A stretch of DNA of 38,689 bases from Catajapyx aquilonaris. Taxonomy: Eukaryota. The notes below the pieces were generated by a model that had not been told where the DNA came from, did not search any database, and worked only from the letters and a program-made list of their open reading frames with translations. The position numbers and the translations under genes were made by a program. Within the stretch, counting starts at the first letter, position 1; every line of letters begins with the position of its first letter. Below, in pieces: positions 9,301-21,313 of this stretch. The stretch lies in assembly GCA_000934665.2 (NCBI GenBank), contig JYFJ02003697.1:1-38689 (forward strand). Reading direction: 5' to 3'.

Positions 9301-11108
9301 CTGCCTTGCAGGGAAAGAGAGAGAAAGGTGCTCCCTTGAGGAGGAAGCGAACAGGAAAGGTATGTCTTGCTAAATGACTGACCAATTCAGACCCTCGTCA
9401 CTTCAGGGCAATGGTAGGACTCAAGGAATCTTCCTACATTACTTTGGGAGGATTCAATTGTTATACCTACTAATATTTGCAATTACACTAAAAGCAAATA
9501 TTTAAAAGGGTATTGGGGGGAAAAACTGATGACCATTGGTGATCATGCAATGGGAACACTTCATATTTTGTTGGTCCATGTAATGAAACCCCCTAGCTTG
9601 CCAAAATACACTGTACTCCCTATTATACGTGCTAATGAATGAACGAGTGTTCCCGGACATTCAAAAAAGACGGATAATGCGAAAACGGTCCTAGATGCAC
9701 TAAAAACGAGCTATTCACTGGTTTTTAATGTACTACTATACTATATCGCTCAAAAACATAGAGACGATTTTGCATTTGATTCAATTGCAGGCTGCACGTG
9801 AGTCAAATGCAAAATCGTCTCTAAGTTCTTGAGCGATATAGTACATCGTGTATGCTTTTTTAACCCCATATCCGCCCGGGCTGGTTTCCAAAGACATAAG
9901 ATGCCAAATTTTAAAAGACGAATATACGTATCAATACTGGCTTGGAAAGGGAGAGCAAAATTTTACCAGGGCACTCACCAAATGTACCAGAATCATATAA
10001 ATTCAACACATATTGGCTGAATCAGGGATGGAAAAAGAACCGCTTCTTTGGGCGGTAAGCGGTTCTTTTTCTATCCCTGCACATGGAAAAAAGAAGCGCT
10101 TCTTGGAAGGAAGCGGTACTTTTTCCATCTCTGGGCTGAATCAATTTCTGAAAGAAAAATGGTGGTGTTCCAACCCCCTGTGAGGGCCCATGGTCCTATC
10201 ACAGGGTATTAAGAAATAATACAAATAAAAAATAAATAAAATACTAAGGCATAGTGTGATATCTCATCATCTAACCACCACCAGCACGCAGAGTGCTAAT
10301 CCCACAGCACCACCAAACTACATATTTTGGTCATGGCACAGCTAAAATCATATGGGATAAATAAAGCTGTGAATGTCGTATCGGGTTCCATGTAATTGTT
10401 TTTATTTGATTAGATAAAAATGACTCACAGTCAGTTGTTTTGAATGCATATTTTATTTGTAGTAATGGTAAATTTTCTTTAAAGGAAAATTCCGAAATCC
10501 AATCAGCTGGAACAGAAACTTCAATGAGAATCTCCGGAGACTTTCATAAGGATGGTGCAACTTCAGATGTGGGCATGGCAAGGAATCTGACACCAAGGAA
10601 GAAGACAGCTAACAAGAAAAAGCCAGGATCAGTCCAGACTCGAGAGAAGCGGAGGTTGACTAGTAATGAAAAACTTTCATCTGATGACAAGCCGTACCCA
10701 TGCAGTGATTGTGATAAGACGTATATTACAAAGAAGGGGTTACGAGGACATTACAGTAATATCCATCTTGGTGTGAGGCCTCATTCATGTGACGTGTGTA
10801 ACAAGACATACACTACGAAGAGACTCATGGAAATTCACAGGAGGACTCACACTGGAGAAAAGCCATACCAGTGCAAAGTCTGCAAAAGTAGCTTTTTTAC
10901 ACATTCTGGATACAGCAGGCATGTTTGGCGTCACAAAGGACTGAAACCATTTGTATGCACCATTTGTGGCAGTAGATTTGCGTTTACACATAACTACCAA
11001 AGACATATGTTGGTTCATTCAGGGGAAAAGCCATTTAAATGTGACTTTTGTGGGACACAGTTCACCCAAAAAGGAAGCATGCGGAAGCATATGAAATTAA
11101 TGCATTAG
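6392..11108 (+). CDS. C2H2 zinc-finger protein, copy 2 (5 fingers, ~482 aa)
   Basis: Exons 6392-6551 (in-frame upstream ATG at 6353 also possible), 6613-6773, 7254-7359, 8250-8482 (fused exons 4+5), 9195-9359, 10485-11108. The frame is open through all junctions. Confidence 0.9.
7050..7193. mobile_element. Ancestral Harbinger-like MITE in intron 2 (remnants in all six copies)
   Basis: TIRs AGC..TGTTTACATGTGAGCG / CGCTCACATGTAAACACAGCT flanked by TAA on both sides. Homologs near 250-394, 14304-14467, 19179-19341, 30329-30503 and from 38504. Confidence 0.7.
9741..9841. mobile_element. Hairpin MITE with TA flanks
   Basis: ~43-bp inverted arms CTATATCGCTCAA.AAC.TAGAGACGATTTTGCATTTGA with TA on each side. 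Confidence 0.75.
10023..10133. mobile_element. hAT-type MITE
   Basis: TIRs CAGGGATGGAAAAAG / CTTTTTCCATCTCTG and an exact 8-bp target duplication GGCTGAAT (10015-10022, 10134-10141). Confidence 0.88.
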
Positions 11109-11535
11109 GCAAGGATAAGGCCATTTACCCTTACCTCGGTCACCTCATACTTTTGTGGAAATGCTAAGAAGCATATCTGGACACATGCTTCAAGGCAGAT
11201 TCACAAATCGCTAAATTTTGGAGTTCCTTGAAAATTCAATATACGTTACGACTATCTTTTGGTTTGCTAAAATGATAGGAAGCCACCACATCCCAATGAT
11301 TTCATACTGTTTAAGACTGAAATGTGTCCAGACATTGGTCATATAATTATGATCCTGTCTTTACATGCACAAACGAGTTTTATTATCTGTGCATAAAAGT
11401 GTTATCGATGCAAAAATGTGCGCATGTTTTTTACAATGACAGCTTGGAACAAATCTGCTGGTATATTTTTAGATCCTCCTCTGCTAGGGCCAGTTTCACA
11501 GAGGAGGTTAAACTTTATTTTAGAACCTAGGTTAT

Positions 11536-11802
11536 AATAATAATAATGGATACCCCGTGATAGGCCCCTTGGGTCTCTTAGGGGATCATCTTTTGAATAT
11601 CCGATTTTAATCATTTGCCTTTGCTGTGATGGATTTTGATAGTGGGAGGAAACGGGAGAACCCCGAGAAAACCCACGCGAACACGGAGAGAACCCATCGA
11701 ATCTCTATCCACATAAGTATCCCCCATCCGACCCGGGGATCGAACTCGGGACCTTAGAGGTGGAAGGCTGCGGCGCTAACCGCTCGGCCACCGTGTCGCC
11801 GC
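11536..11802 (-). mobile_element. Full-length tRNA-derived SINE with a V-domain-like core
   Basis: On the minus strand: A box TGGCCGAGCGG, B box GAGTTCGATCCC, core TTCTCTCCGTGTTCGCGTGGGTTTTCTCGGGGTTCTCCCGTTTCCTCCCAC, (ATT)n tail. 12-bp TSD AACCTAGGTTAT (11524-11535, 11803-11814). Confidence 0.92.
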
Positions 11803-12469
11803 AACCTAGGTTATGGCAACCATTGTTCCCTTTCCCTGCATGGTGGTAATCCACTCCCCTACGGACCCTTAATGGGTTTTAACAGGGTAATTTTTTTTAA
11901 AAAAATTGTGGGTAACTACTCCTCCTTTTTATGTTTGGAATTGTGACACAGATAGCAGGAGATTGTGGAGATTATTAATGGCATTTTGAATGATGACGAT
12001 CATGATTGGAGACAACCACACAACTTTGTCGCCTGAGTTGTTACCTCCTTGGCCTCTCTGGTGCAATAGGGATTGAGTGGAATATTGAGTGGAATAAAAA
12101 ATTACACAAATTGTTTTCAGAAAGGCAATTTCATGTGCATTAAATTGGTAATTGTTTGAGTAATACCTGCGGTACAGCTTAAATCTATTGGTGAAGGTCT
12201 TACATGCGCCTGCCTTGTTCCAGTACCTTCATTCCGCCACGGAGGTCTTACTACCCTTTTTTTTTTCACTCGAGGGAATGTTTTTGCTCTTACCAGTACC
12301 AGTGCTGGCATTGGTACTGCTAATAAGGTAGCAGTGAGATGAAAATAATTGCACCCATTGTCTGTAAATGGACTGAAAATTCATAGCACTGTACCTGGCC
12401 CGTGTAGACGAAGCCTGGCCCAGACAATATTTTGCAATTTCTGTATTTCTGAAATAAAAGAACATTCCA

Positions 12470-12571
12470 CTAAGCGCTATCTGCGATATTAGTTCTTTAC
12501 AGTCGCTCACCGGCTGACCCCACAGCTACGCTATTTTCTCCCAATCCAAGATGGCGCCTTCGTCTCGCTGA
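12470..12571 (+). promoter_or_regulatory. Conserved promoter block, copy 3 (CAAGATGGCG 12547-12556)
   Basis: Near-identical to 6123-6225. Confidence 0.6.
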
Positions 12572-12733
12572 AATTGAGCGTCTTTTTCAGAGAATTTCTA
12601 GTTTTTGGGTCGGGTTGTGTCCGGGTTGAGGGTAGGACCAGGTCGGATCGAGGCAGAGGGTCTGTCCTTCGTGCCCAGAGGACTAGAGGAACATTCCTTG
12701 CCCCAAGTGGACCACCAGTCGAGGAAGAAGGAG

Positions 12734-15700
12734 ATGCCCCCCACCGAGGAGACCCCTCCCCTCCTGGAGGCCCGCCTGGAAGGGATCGTGTCCCGACTGG
12801 TCTCCCTGGAGGAGGACATGGCTGCCCTGAAGGAGTGGGCCAGGGGCTGCAGGAGATGTGGGGCTGGACGGGGTGAGTATTTGGGGGCATTAAACACCTC
12901 TACGTGACATGTAAATGGGGCTCTTCAGTAGTTGCAGACGACAATCCAGGCGACCCACCTTCTGAAGCCATCGCTTCAGGCAGTGCTGGAGACTCAGTTC
13001 CTGTGGGCAGCATCAAGACTGAGTGGGTCCAGTGCAAGGAGGAGGAGGAGGAGGTCGCTGTGGAGGATGAAGGCCCACAAGGAATTGATGGTTGGGTGAG
13101 GATGCCTACTGAAATTGCTTATTGGTGAGGTCAGGAGGTCAAATGAATTGGCAGGGTCAAAAATGGAAGGGGTGGGAAATGGGGGTAATTGGACGACGTG
13201 GGAGGGATGGATGGGAGTAGTGAAAAGCGCCCACCCGGACAATATTATAACTCTGCCCCAGATGACCTGGCCACGAAGTTGGGTGGGAGGATTTGGGGGT
13301 CGATGGCATGATGTGTGAATACAAGGCATGGCTTGTCTACGCAAGTGCAAGGTCATTATAATTATTGCCCCTTCTTTTAAACCAGCCAGGTGTCGAGTTT
13401 TAACATCTCAATGCAAAAATGTAGGGAACAGAGGGGGAGTGGGAAAGCTGCCCCCTTCTCATTATGTCTTTATCAGCATGAAACAATATTTACAGTTGCT
13501 TAAATTAGTGCAGCTAGCCAATATTTTAATGCAGCTGATTTCCAGTCTCGCCGGCAACTTGTAATTGCTGTATGTCGCTCATGGAGTATATGAAGCACAT
13601 TATAATCCCCACAAGCTACATGAAACGCCTCATCATGCATTGTTGCAGTGGTCTACATCATTGCGAATGGGGAAGAGGGGTGCATTGGCCAAGTCCCACA
13701 ACCAGAAACCAGTTGGAAGTGATCCATTGCAATAATAAATGATGAGGGTTATATTAACCGGTAGTGATTGTTGATGGGTGTTTATAATTAGTTGCTGGGG
13801 GTAAACGAGCAACGTCATTTCCTACCCTACCACCCTCATCTAACTACATCAGTGCACAAAGACCTAGTCAGTGTAAACTGCTCGTCAACAGTGTCCCGCA
13901 TTTGTTGCCCATTCCGAAACCTTTATTCTTGCATGGCACTGGCATCGTCATTCTGACATGTTGTCTGGGTCCAAGTCTTGTGATGAACCTACTGAAACAT
14001 GTGCACCAATTCCGCAAAAAATGCAAAATAGATTTATGCAAATAAAGGCGACATATAATCAAGCGATCCGGAATATATTATCCAGAAAAGGCCTCCCAAG
14101 GCCATGCAAGCTTCCTAGAATTTTATTACAGCACGACACATGGGTCGAATTAAGAAGAGGGGGCCTATGACCTTGCACTTCTTCAGATAAGCTCATGGTC
14201 TTGATAAGCTATAACAGCTATACCTTTTTCCACTTTGATAATATAATGGTAGTTAGGGATGAAGAGTCGAACACATCACAGTTTTCTTGAAATTTCTGTT
14301 TAAAGCCACATTTACAGGTGAGCGATTTGATCAGTGATGTTGCAGGGATGACATCTCTTAGCAAAAGTAACAATACATTTTCACCCCAAACAACAATTGG
14401 TGTCATTGTTCAGCGATGTTATCGCTGCAATGTACTTGATCAGATCACTCGAATGTAAACGGGGCTTAATGCTGGTATTAAATATTGTTGGTTAGAGAGT
14501 AACATGTTTCCCCCTTGTCATGGCAGAGTCAAGACTTGGAAGCCAACGAAGCCGAAATATCCGGAAACAGAAATGTCAGCATACTTGCTGCTCTCTTGAG
14601 TGGTTCAGGCACAGATGATGCCTGTTTGGCAAATACAGGTATGATATATTACTGATGGCCCCATCCATCTAGCAAGGGGGCAGGCATATGAAGATCTCCA
14701 TTAAGCCTGATCTGATACTTTTTTATTCCTTCATGACAAGTCTAATGTGATGCCATGAAAACCTAGGGCCACTAAAAGTTCTAAAGCTACAGGTCCATAA
14801 CAATTGCATTGTTATTGCAGGGAAAGATGAGTCCTCTCTTGACGACTGTTCAAAAGAGGAAAAAACTATCATAGACGAAGGAGAGAAGGAATTGGAGGAA
14901 AGCGATCTGGTCCAAGGTCATTTTTAGACATGAGTCCATGTTAGCATGCAGCTTGTGACGCATATTAAATACCTTGTATAAAATACGGTAGTTATCCTAG
15001 AAGTTCCATATTTAGTTTAATTGTATGCCAGGACCCATGCTTTTTAGAGGGCACATTTCCAGCACCCTGGGTGTCGTTTTATGAGCATGAGATGACTCTC
15101 AGCAATTCGAGCAGCCGCGATTTCAAGGTGGCCAAATTATTCTGAATTTGGCCAAGTATTAGAACAAGAGTAGATAAAACTTCCAACTTTCTGCATTCTT
15201 TAAGTGAATGTTTCTGGAACCCCATTGGTTTGTGCCCTCTACTTTTATTTATTCTTTAAATTATTTGAAGAATTTCTGTACTATGCCATTGCATTTTCAC
15301 AGGTAGAGAAGCAGCCTCCACATCTGGATTTCCTCAAGAATCTCGCGGACTCGCCACACTTGATGGAGGAAACTCGGTGCACGACGAAGAACTCGGAAGC
15401 AGAGAAAGTACTGGAGTATGTGAAATATTATATTTGTTTCAAATGGATAATATCAAGTAGGGCAAGGAATCTGTTGGATGGCAGTGGATATAGCAATAGC
15501 CACATGCAGATTTTAATCATGGTCATTTCATTAAATGTTAGTGTTAACAAATAACATGTGATGGCATGTGAACATGTTTCTGGAGGCCTGGAAGCCATAG
15601 ATTGAAGATTTCTCAGATCTAGGCCCTCCCCATCACATTCTCAGGATGCACCTCTGAGCTGCAATGTTATTCTGTGTCATAGGTCTCTGCTTCTGAAGTC

Positions 15701-17296
15701 CCAGACCACCCTAAACCAGAGGAGGGTGAGATCCTTCCACCCCCATCAGCTGACCCATCAAGTGCACAAGCAAGCGGTCCAAGCCGGAGGATGAGGACGA
15801 GGAAGAAACAAGTTCTCGTAAGTAACATTCTGCCAGAAAAGGGGAGCATATTCTTATCCACTTGTAACGACCACATTTTTTTGGCAACGATGGGAATCTT
15901 GCATTCTTCTTCAAATATTAAAATAAGTACTCTGTTATACAGTATTATCTCAGTAATTTGAAATTACGTCACAGAAATATTGACAGGTAGCAATTCCAAA
16001 TTTGTGCACTTTTCTCAAGATACGTAAACATAGCTTTTGCATACAAGCGACATGCAATATTTTGTCGGTTTTTAGTTATTTCCAACACTTGAGCATCATT
16101 TTTAATGCTGTCTGATCTGGTGAAGTCCATTTAGTCCTGAAGATTCATAATGAGCCAGGAAGGCAGGGATTTCTGTCAGTGGCGTAGCCTGCCGCAGATA
16201 TCAAGGGGTGCGTATGAGGCGCTCGAACATGAGGAAGTGGTGCTTCATGTATGTCGGGTAGCACCGGCTCCTGGGAAATTTGTCTGGCCGAAGAAGAGCC
16301 AGGATAGTTTGTTAATCATTGTTGACAGAATTGTTGACAACAATGAATAACAAACTAACTGGTCTCTTCTCCTGCCAGATTAATTTTCCGCGAGCCGGTG
16401 CAACCCGGGTTTAGTCATTTCTGCATTACATGCTATCGCACCCTGTAATTCCCTTGTTAGTACTGTAGTATCTCATCATCTAACCACCAGCATGCACCTG
16501 CAGCACCACCAAACTATTTTGGTCATGGCACAGCCGATATCATATGGCATGAATAAAGAGCTGTGTATGTCACATTGTGTTTCATGTAATTTTTTATTTG
16601 ATTAGATCAAAATGACTCAGTTGTTTTGAATGCATATTTTATTTGTAGTAATGTTGATTTCTTTTTAAAAAGGAAAACTCCGAAATGCAAGCAGCTGAAA
16701 AAAATACTTCAAAGAGAACATCGGGAGACTTTCATAAGGATGGTGCAACTTCAGATCCGGGCTTGACAAGGAATCCGACACCAAGGAAGAGGACAGCAAA
16801 CAAGAAGAAGCCAGATTCAGTCCAGACTCAAGAGAAGCAGACGTTGACTGGTCATGCGAAACATGCATCGGATGATAGGCCATACCCATGCAGTGATTGT
16901 GATAAGACTTATACGACAAGGAATGGGTTACATTTGCATTACAAGGATGTCCATCTTGGTGTTAAGCCTTACTCATGTGACTTGTGTAACAAGAAATTTG
17001 CTGGGAAAACTCACATGGATATTCACAGGAGGAGTCACACGGGAGAAAAACCATTCCATTGCGAAGTGTGCGGAAAGAGTTTTTTATCTAGTTCTAATTA
17101 CCAACAGCACGTTTGGCTACACAAAGGATTGAAACCATTCGGATGCACCATTTGTGGCAAAAGTTTCGCTTTTTCGGGACACTTTCAGAGGCACATGTTG
17201 GTGCACTCAGGCGAGAAGCCTTTTAAATGCGATTTGTGTGGACAACAGTTCAACCGAAAAGAACACATGCAAAAACATGTGGAACTAAAGCATTAG
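12734..17296 (+). CDS. C2H2 zinc-finger protein, copy 3 (5 fingers, ~429-461 aa)
   Basis: Exons 12734-12872, 12929-13095, 14527-14638, [candidate extra exon 14821-14916], 15303-15415, 15683-15817, 16673-17296. No exon 6 homolog is present; the frame is preserved because exon 6 is phase 0-0. Confidence 0.87.
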
Positions 17297-17914
17297 GCAA
17301 GGGGTTCAGCTGTACCAACTTTTTCGATCCTCCTCGGCTGGGGTCAGTTTCACCAAGCAGGTATTGATTTACTAGCAGGATACCCGGCGTTAGTGAGCAG
17401 TTATGGTATGTGAGAATGCAATGAATACGTGGAGGTCCAAACGTTACAAAGTTTAAAAAACAAACAAATGCAAAGCAAACTATGATAACTACATGGCACA
17501 GTACATATACCACATTATACCAGACCTTATAGACGTTATAGCATTATACCATAATACTCATTATACAACACCTTATACCATTATAAGGCTTTGTGGAGAA
17601 TCTGTCACAAAACACGAAAGATGAAACAATGCTGTGCAGCAAGTGGCAAGGAGTTTCAAATTGGAGAAAGTGCAGGCAAACTTCTAACGATGTGTGTAGC
17701 ACTGAAACACAAACAAAGCTCTGAATATTATGAACAATGCAATGGAAAAATAGCAATCGAACACGAACCAAATTGTGAGCACTGTTACCAATAATGTAAA
17801 CTAAATAGTAGCAATGGAACACTGACTAAATGATGACGGTCATGATTGGAGACAACTGCAGAACTTTGTTGTCAGAGTTGTTACCTCCTTGGCCTCTGTG
17901 GTACAATAGGGATT

Positions 17915-18036
17915 GGGTGGAATTTTCAGCCCATTGCTAGTTGCTCCTAACATAGCAGCACCAGAGTGTTGGCATTGCCCGCATTGGTACTGCTAAGCTA
18001 GCAGTAATAACTAGCAGTGGGATGAAAATTCCACCC
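17915..18036. mobile_element. MITE with GGGTGGAATTTTCA TIRs and 3-bp ATT TSD; orthologs at 29116-29228 and 37167-37283
   Basis: Inverted termini GGGTGGAATTTTCA.CCCA.TGCT / AGCAGTGGGATGAAAATTCCACCC with ATT on both sides. Confidence 0.78.
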
Positions 18037-18472
18037 ATTGCCTCTCAATTAAGGGGAGACTGAACATTGAAAGTGCGGTACCGAGACAGGGTAGAAGAAG
18101 CCTGGCGCAGACAATTTTGTAATATCTGTAAAACTACGTCAAGTGCCATGAAATAAAATCACATGACTTGTGTTGTGAATGTGTCTCTGGTCTCCAGGTC
18201 ATCCAGGCTACAGAACATGATTGTATTGGCAACAAGGGAAAAGTGGGAGCCTTCTTAAGTACCAGGAAAATGATCTCGGCCATATCTTCAAGGTGCGGAT
18301 GTCGCCCATATCACTCACTCGTTGAAATAGGTTTTGGAATAATCAGCCAGCCTAAATTTTTAAAGGCTGACTACTAGTCTCCATTGCCAACCTTCATATT
18401 GTGAAGACTTCAAAGAAAAAATAATTAAAACTGACTTGAATTGCCTTTTTGCAAAGTGAATCAAACATTCCA

Positions 18473-18574
18473 CTAAGGGCTATCTGCCATATTAGTTCTT
18501 CACAGTCGCTTACCGGCTTACCCCACAGCTACGCTAATTTCTCCCAATCCAAGATGGCGCCTTTGTCACGCTGA
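18473..18574 (+). promoter_or_regulatory. Conserved promoter block, copy 4 (CAAGATGGCG 18550-18559)
   Basis: Homologous to 6123-6225. Confidence 0.6.
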
Positions 18575-18751
18575 AATTGAGCGTCTTTTTGAGAGAATTT
18601 TCCTGTTTTTTGGGTCGGGTTGGGTCCGGGTTGAGGGTACAGTCGGGTCGGATCGAAGCAGAGGGTCTGCCCTTCTTGCCCAGAGGACTAGAGGAACAAT
18701 CCTTGCCCCCTTCCCCAAGAGTGGACCCCCAGCCAGTCGAGGAAGGAGAAG

Positions 18752-21277
18752 ATGTCGTCCCCCACCGCCGAGGAGAGGAACCCTCCTCCCCTCCTGGAGG
18801 CCCGCCTGGAAGGGATCGTGTCCCGACTGGTCTCCCTGGAGGAGGACATGGCTGCCCTGAGGGAGTGGGCCAGGGGCTGCGGAGGGTGTGGGGCTGGACG
18901 GGGTGGGTTGCTAGGGGGGACCACCCTTAGAATGATGTAAACACTCTCTGGGATGTGCTTCTTTCTCCTCTTCAGCTGCAGGACAAGGCCATCCAGGCCA
19001 CCCTCCTCCTGAAGGCCTCTCTCCTTCAGGCGGGGCTGGTGGAGACTCGGTCGCTGTGATGGGCAGCATCAAGACAGAGTGGGGCCAGTGCAAGGAGGAG
19101 GAGGAGGTCACGGTGGAGGAGGAAGGCCCGCAAGGAATTATTGGCGGTTGGGTGAGGATGCCTGCTGGAATTGCATAGAGCCACGTTTATATGTGAACGA
19201 TTTGATCAGCGATGTTGCAGCTACAACAGAAATGAGCAAAAGTAACAATGGAGGTAACAATATATTTACACCCCAAACAATTGGTCTCATTCCTCAGCGT
19301 TGTCATCACTGATCAAATCACTCATTCATGTAAACATGGTTTAAGGTGACACAATAAAGTGGGCTCTACGCACAGTCGATCCAACTCCGACTCTCACCGA
19401 CTCGGAGGCATCGGACACCCTTTCCAGACAGACATCTGCTGTTCAATGTCCGACGTCCAATGTTTGATCTTCGAAAAGTCCATTAGTGTAATATGGCAGC
19501 AGAAATCGCGTGAAAACCGGACACATTTTTGTGGACGTACGTCCACAATTGTAATGCAATCATGTGAAGGTGCCCTAGTTCATGGTTTTGCAGATAAACG
19601 CCGCGTTTCGCTACAAAGAAGTAAAGTCCCTCCAAAATGTGCCTAGCGTATTCTTCCTACTGCATATTAATTATTGTTAGTTGGACAGTAACATGTTTCC
19701 CCCTTGTCATGGCAGAGTCAAGACTTGGAAGCCAACGAAGCCATAATATCCAGAAACATCAGTGAAATTGCTGCTCTCTTGAGTGGTTCAGATATAGAAG
19801 ATGGCAGTTGGGCAAATGCAGGTATGATATAGAGTAAAACTTCTGTAAGTTGAATCTCCATGGGACTGGAACAAAACTTCGAGATGTAGAAGATTTGAGG
19901 TTGAGAATTTTGGAATTTTTAAAGCACATAACGCAATAAGGAAGCCTACCTTTATATCCAGCTACGAAAGGTGTTCAAAACTTAAAAATAACTGTCACTA
20001 TCACACTTACAATGTTCCTCTTTGTTTTGTTGTAAAAGAAATCTCTGTGATGGACATTTGCCTACTCTTACATTCAAGGATTCAATTGACACAATCGAGT
20101 CAAGCACTTCTTTCGGTACGTCTGTTAGACAGAGATCAGAAAATTGAGCCTTTCTGTACATGCGAACTACTCTCTACCCTTCGGCTGGGAAATGAGAACA
20201 CCGTATACTCGCCAACATGAACTTCGACTTAGGGAGACTGAAAATGCATTGATATCCCATCGTAAGGTATATTACCCACAATTATAATTATAATAATAAT
20301 AATATCCCATCGTAAGGCCCTGCCAGCACTTCGAGTTATAGAAATTCGAGTTAGGGAAGTTTATTTCCTATTATTTTACATTGTGACCAACCAAGCTCAT
20401 CATTTTCTTCGACTTATAGAGAACTTCGACTTAGGGAAGTTTGACTTATAGAAGTTTTACTGTATTACTGAAGGTTTTGGTTGTAGACTGTGCAGAACTT
20501 AAATCTCAGAAGTATAAGTGGGGCAGTGGGTGGCAGAAATCTCCATCAGTATATTGGTCTAATGTTGCTGCATGGTTGAACTTTACAACCAACACGTGTA
20601 AGGTCTACCCATATAAAAATTAATACTATCAACCTCCACTCAGCCTGATCTGATGCTCTTTTATTCCTTCAAGACGGAAGCAGACGAGTCTAGTGTGATG
20701 CCATGAAAACCCAGGGCCACTTGTATGTGTTGTACAGTATGGAGAATATTGTAGGAAGCTACATTTTTTTCTTCTATTAGAACAAGAGTAAATAGAACTT
20801 CCAACTTCCTGCATTCTTTACATGAAAGTCTCTAGAACTGAATTGCTTTGTGGCCTCTACTTTTATTTATTCTTGAAATGAGGCGTAATAAAAATTATTA
20901 AGGGGGAGACTGAGTGGCGCCGCGGTAATGGGCGCGCCCACGGATGTTAAGGTCCCGGGTTCGATCCCAGCCCGGGGACACCCCCTTCATCTCGTGCAGA
21001 GTTTAGGGCCATCTCTGACTTCGTCTCGGGTGGTATTTCCTATAGACTAAACCACCCAGGGGAGCTCACAAAATGACCACATATGTCATTGCACTGCACT
21101 TGCACATCCCCTCCTGTCATCCTCCCTATCGCTCGCGGTACCCGGGCGTTACGGCAAAAGGACCAACTGTATCAAGCTTGTACAAATTTAAGCATAAATA
21201 AAGGTACTGTGCCAATGCCCTAGGGCGGTGCACTAAAACCCAATTATTATATTATATATTATTATAATAAAAATAAA

Positions 21278-21313
<36 letters not shown>

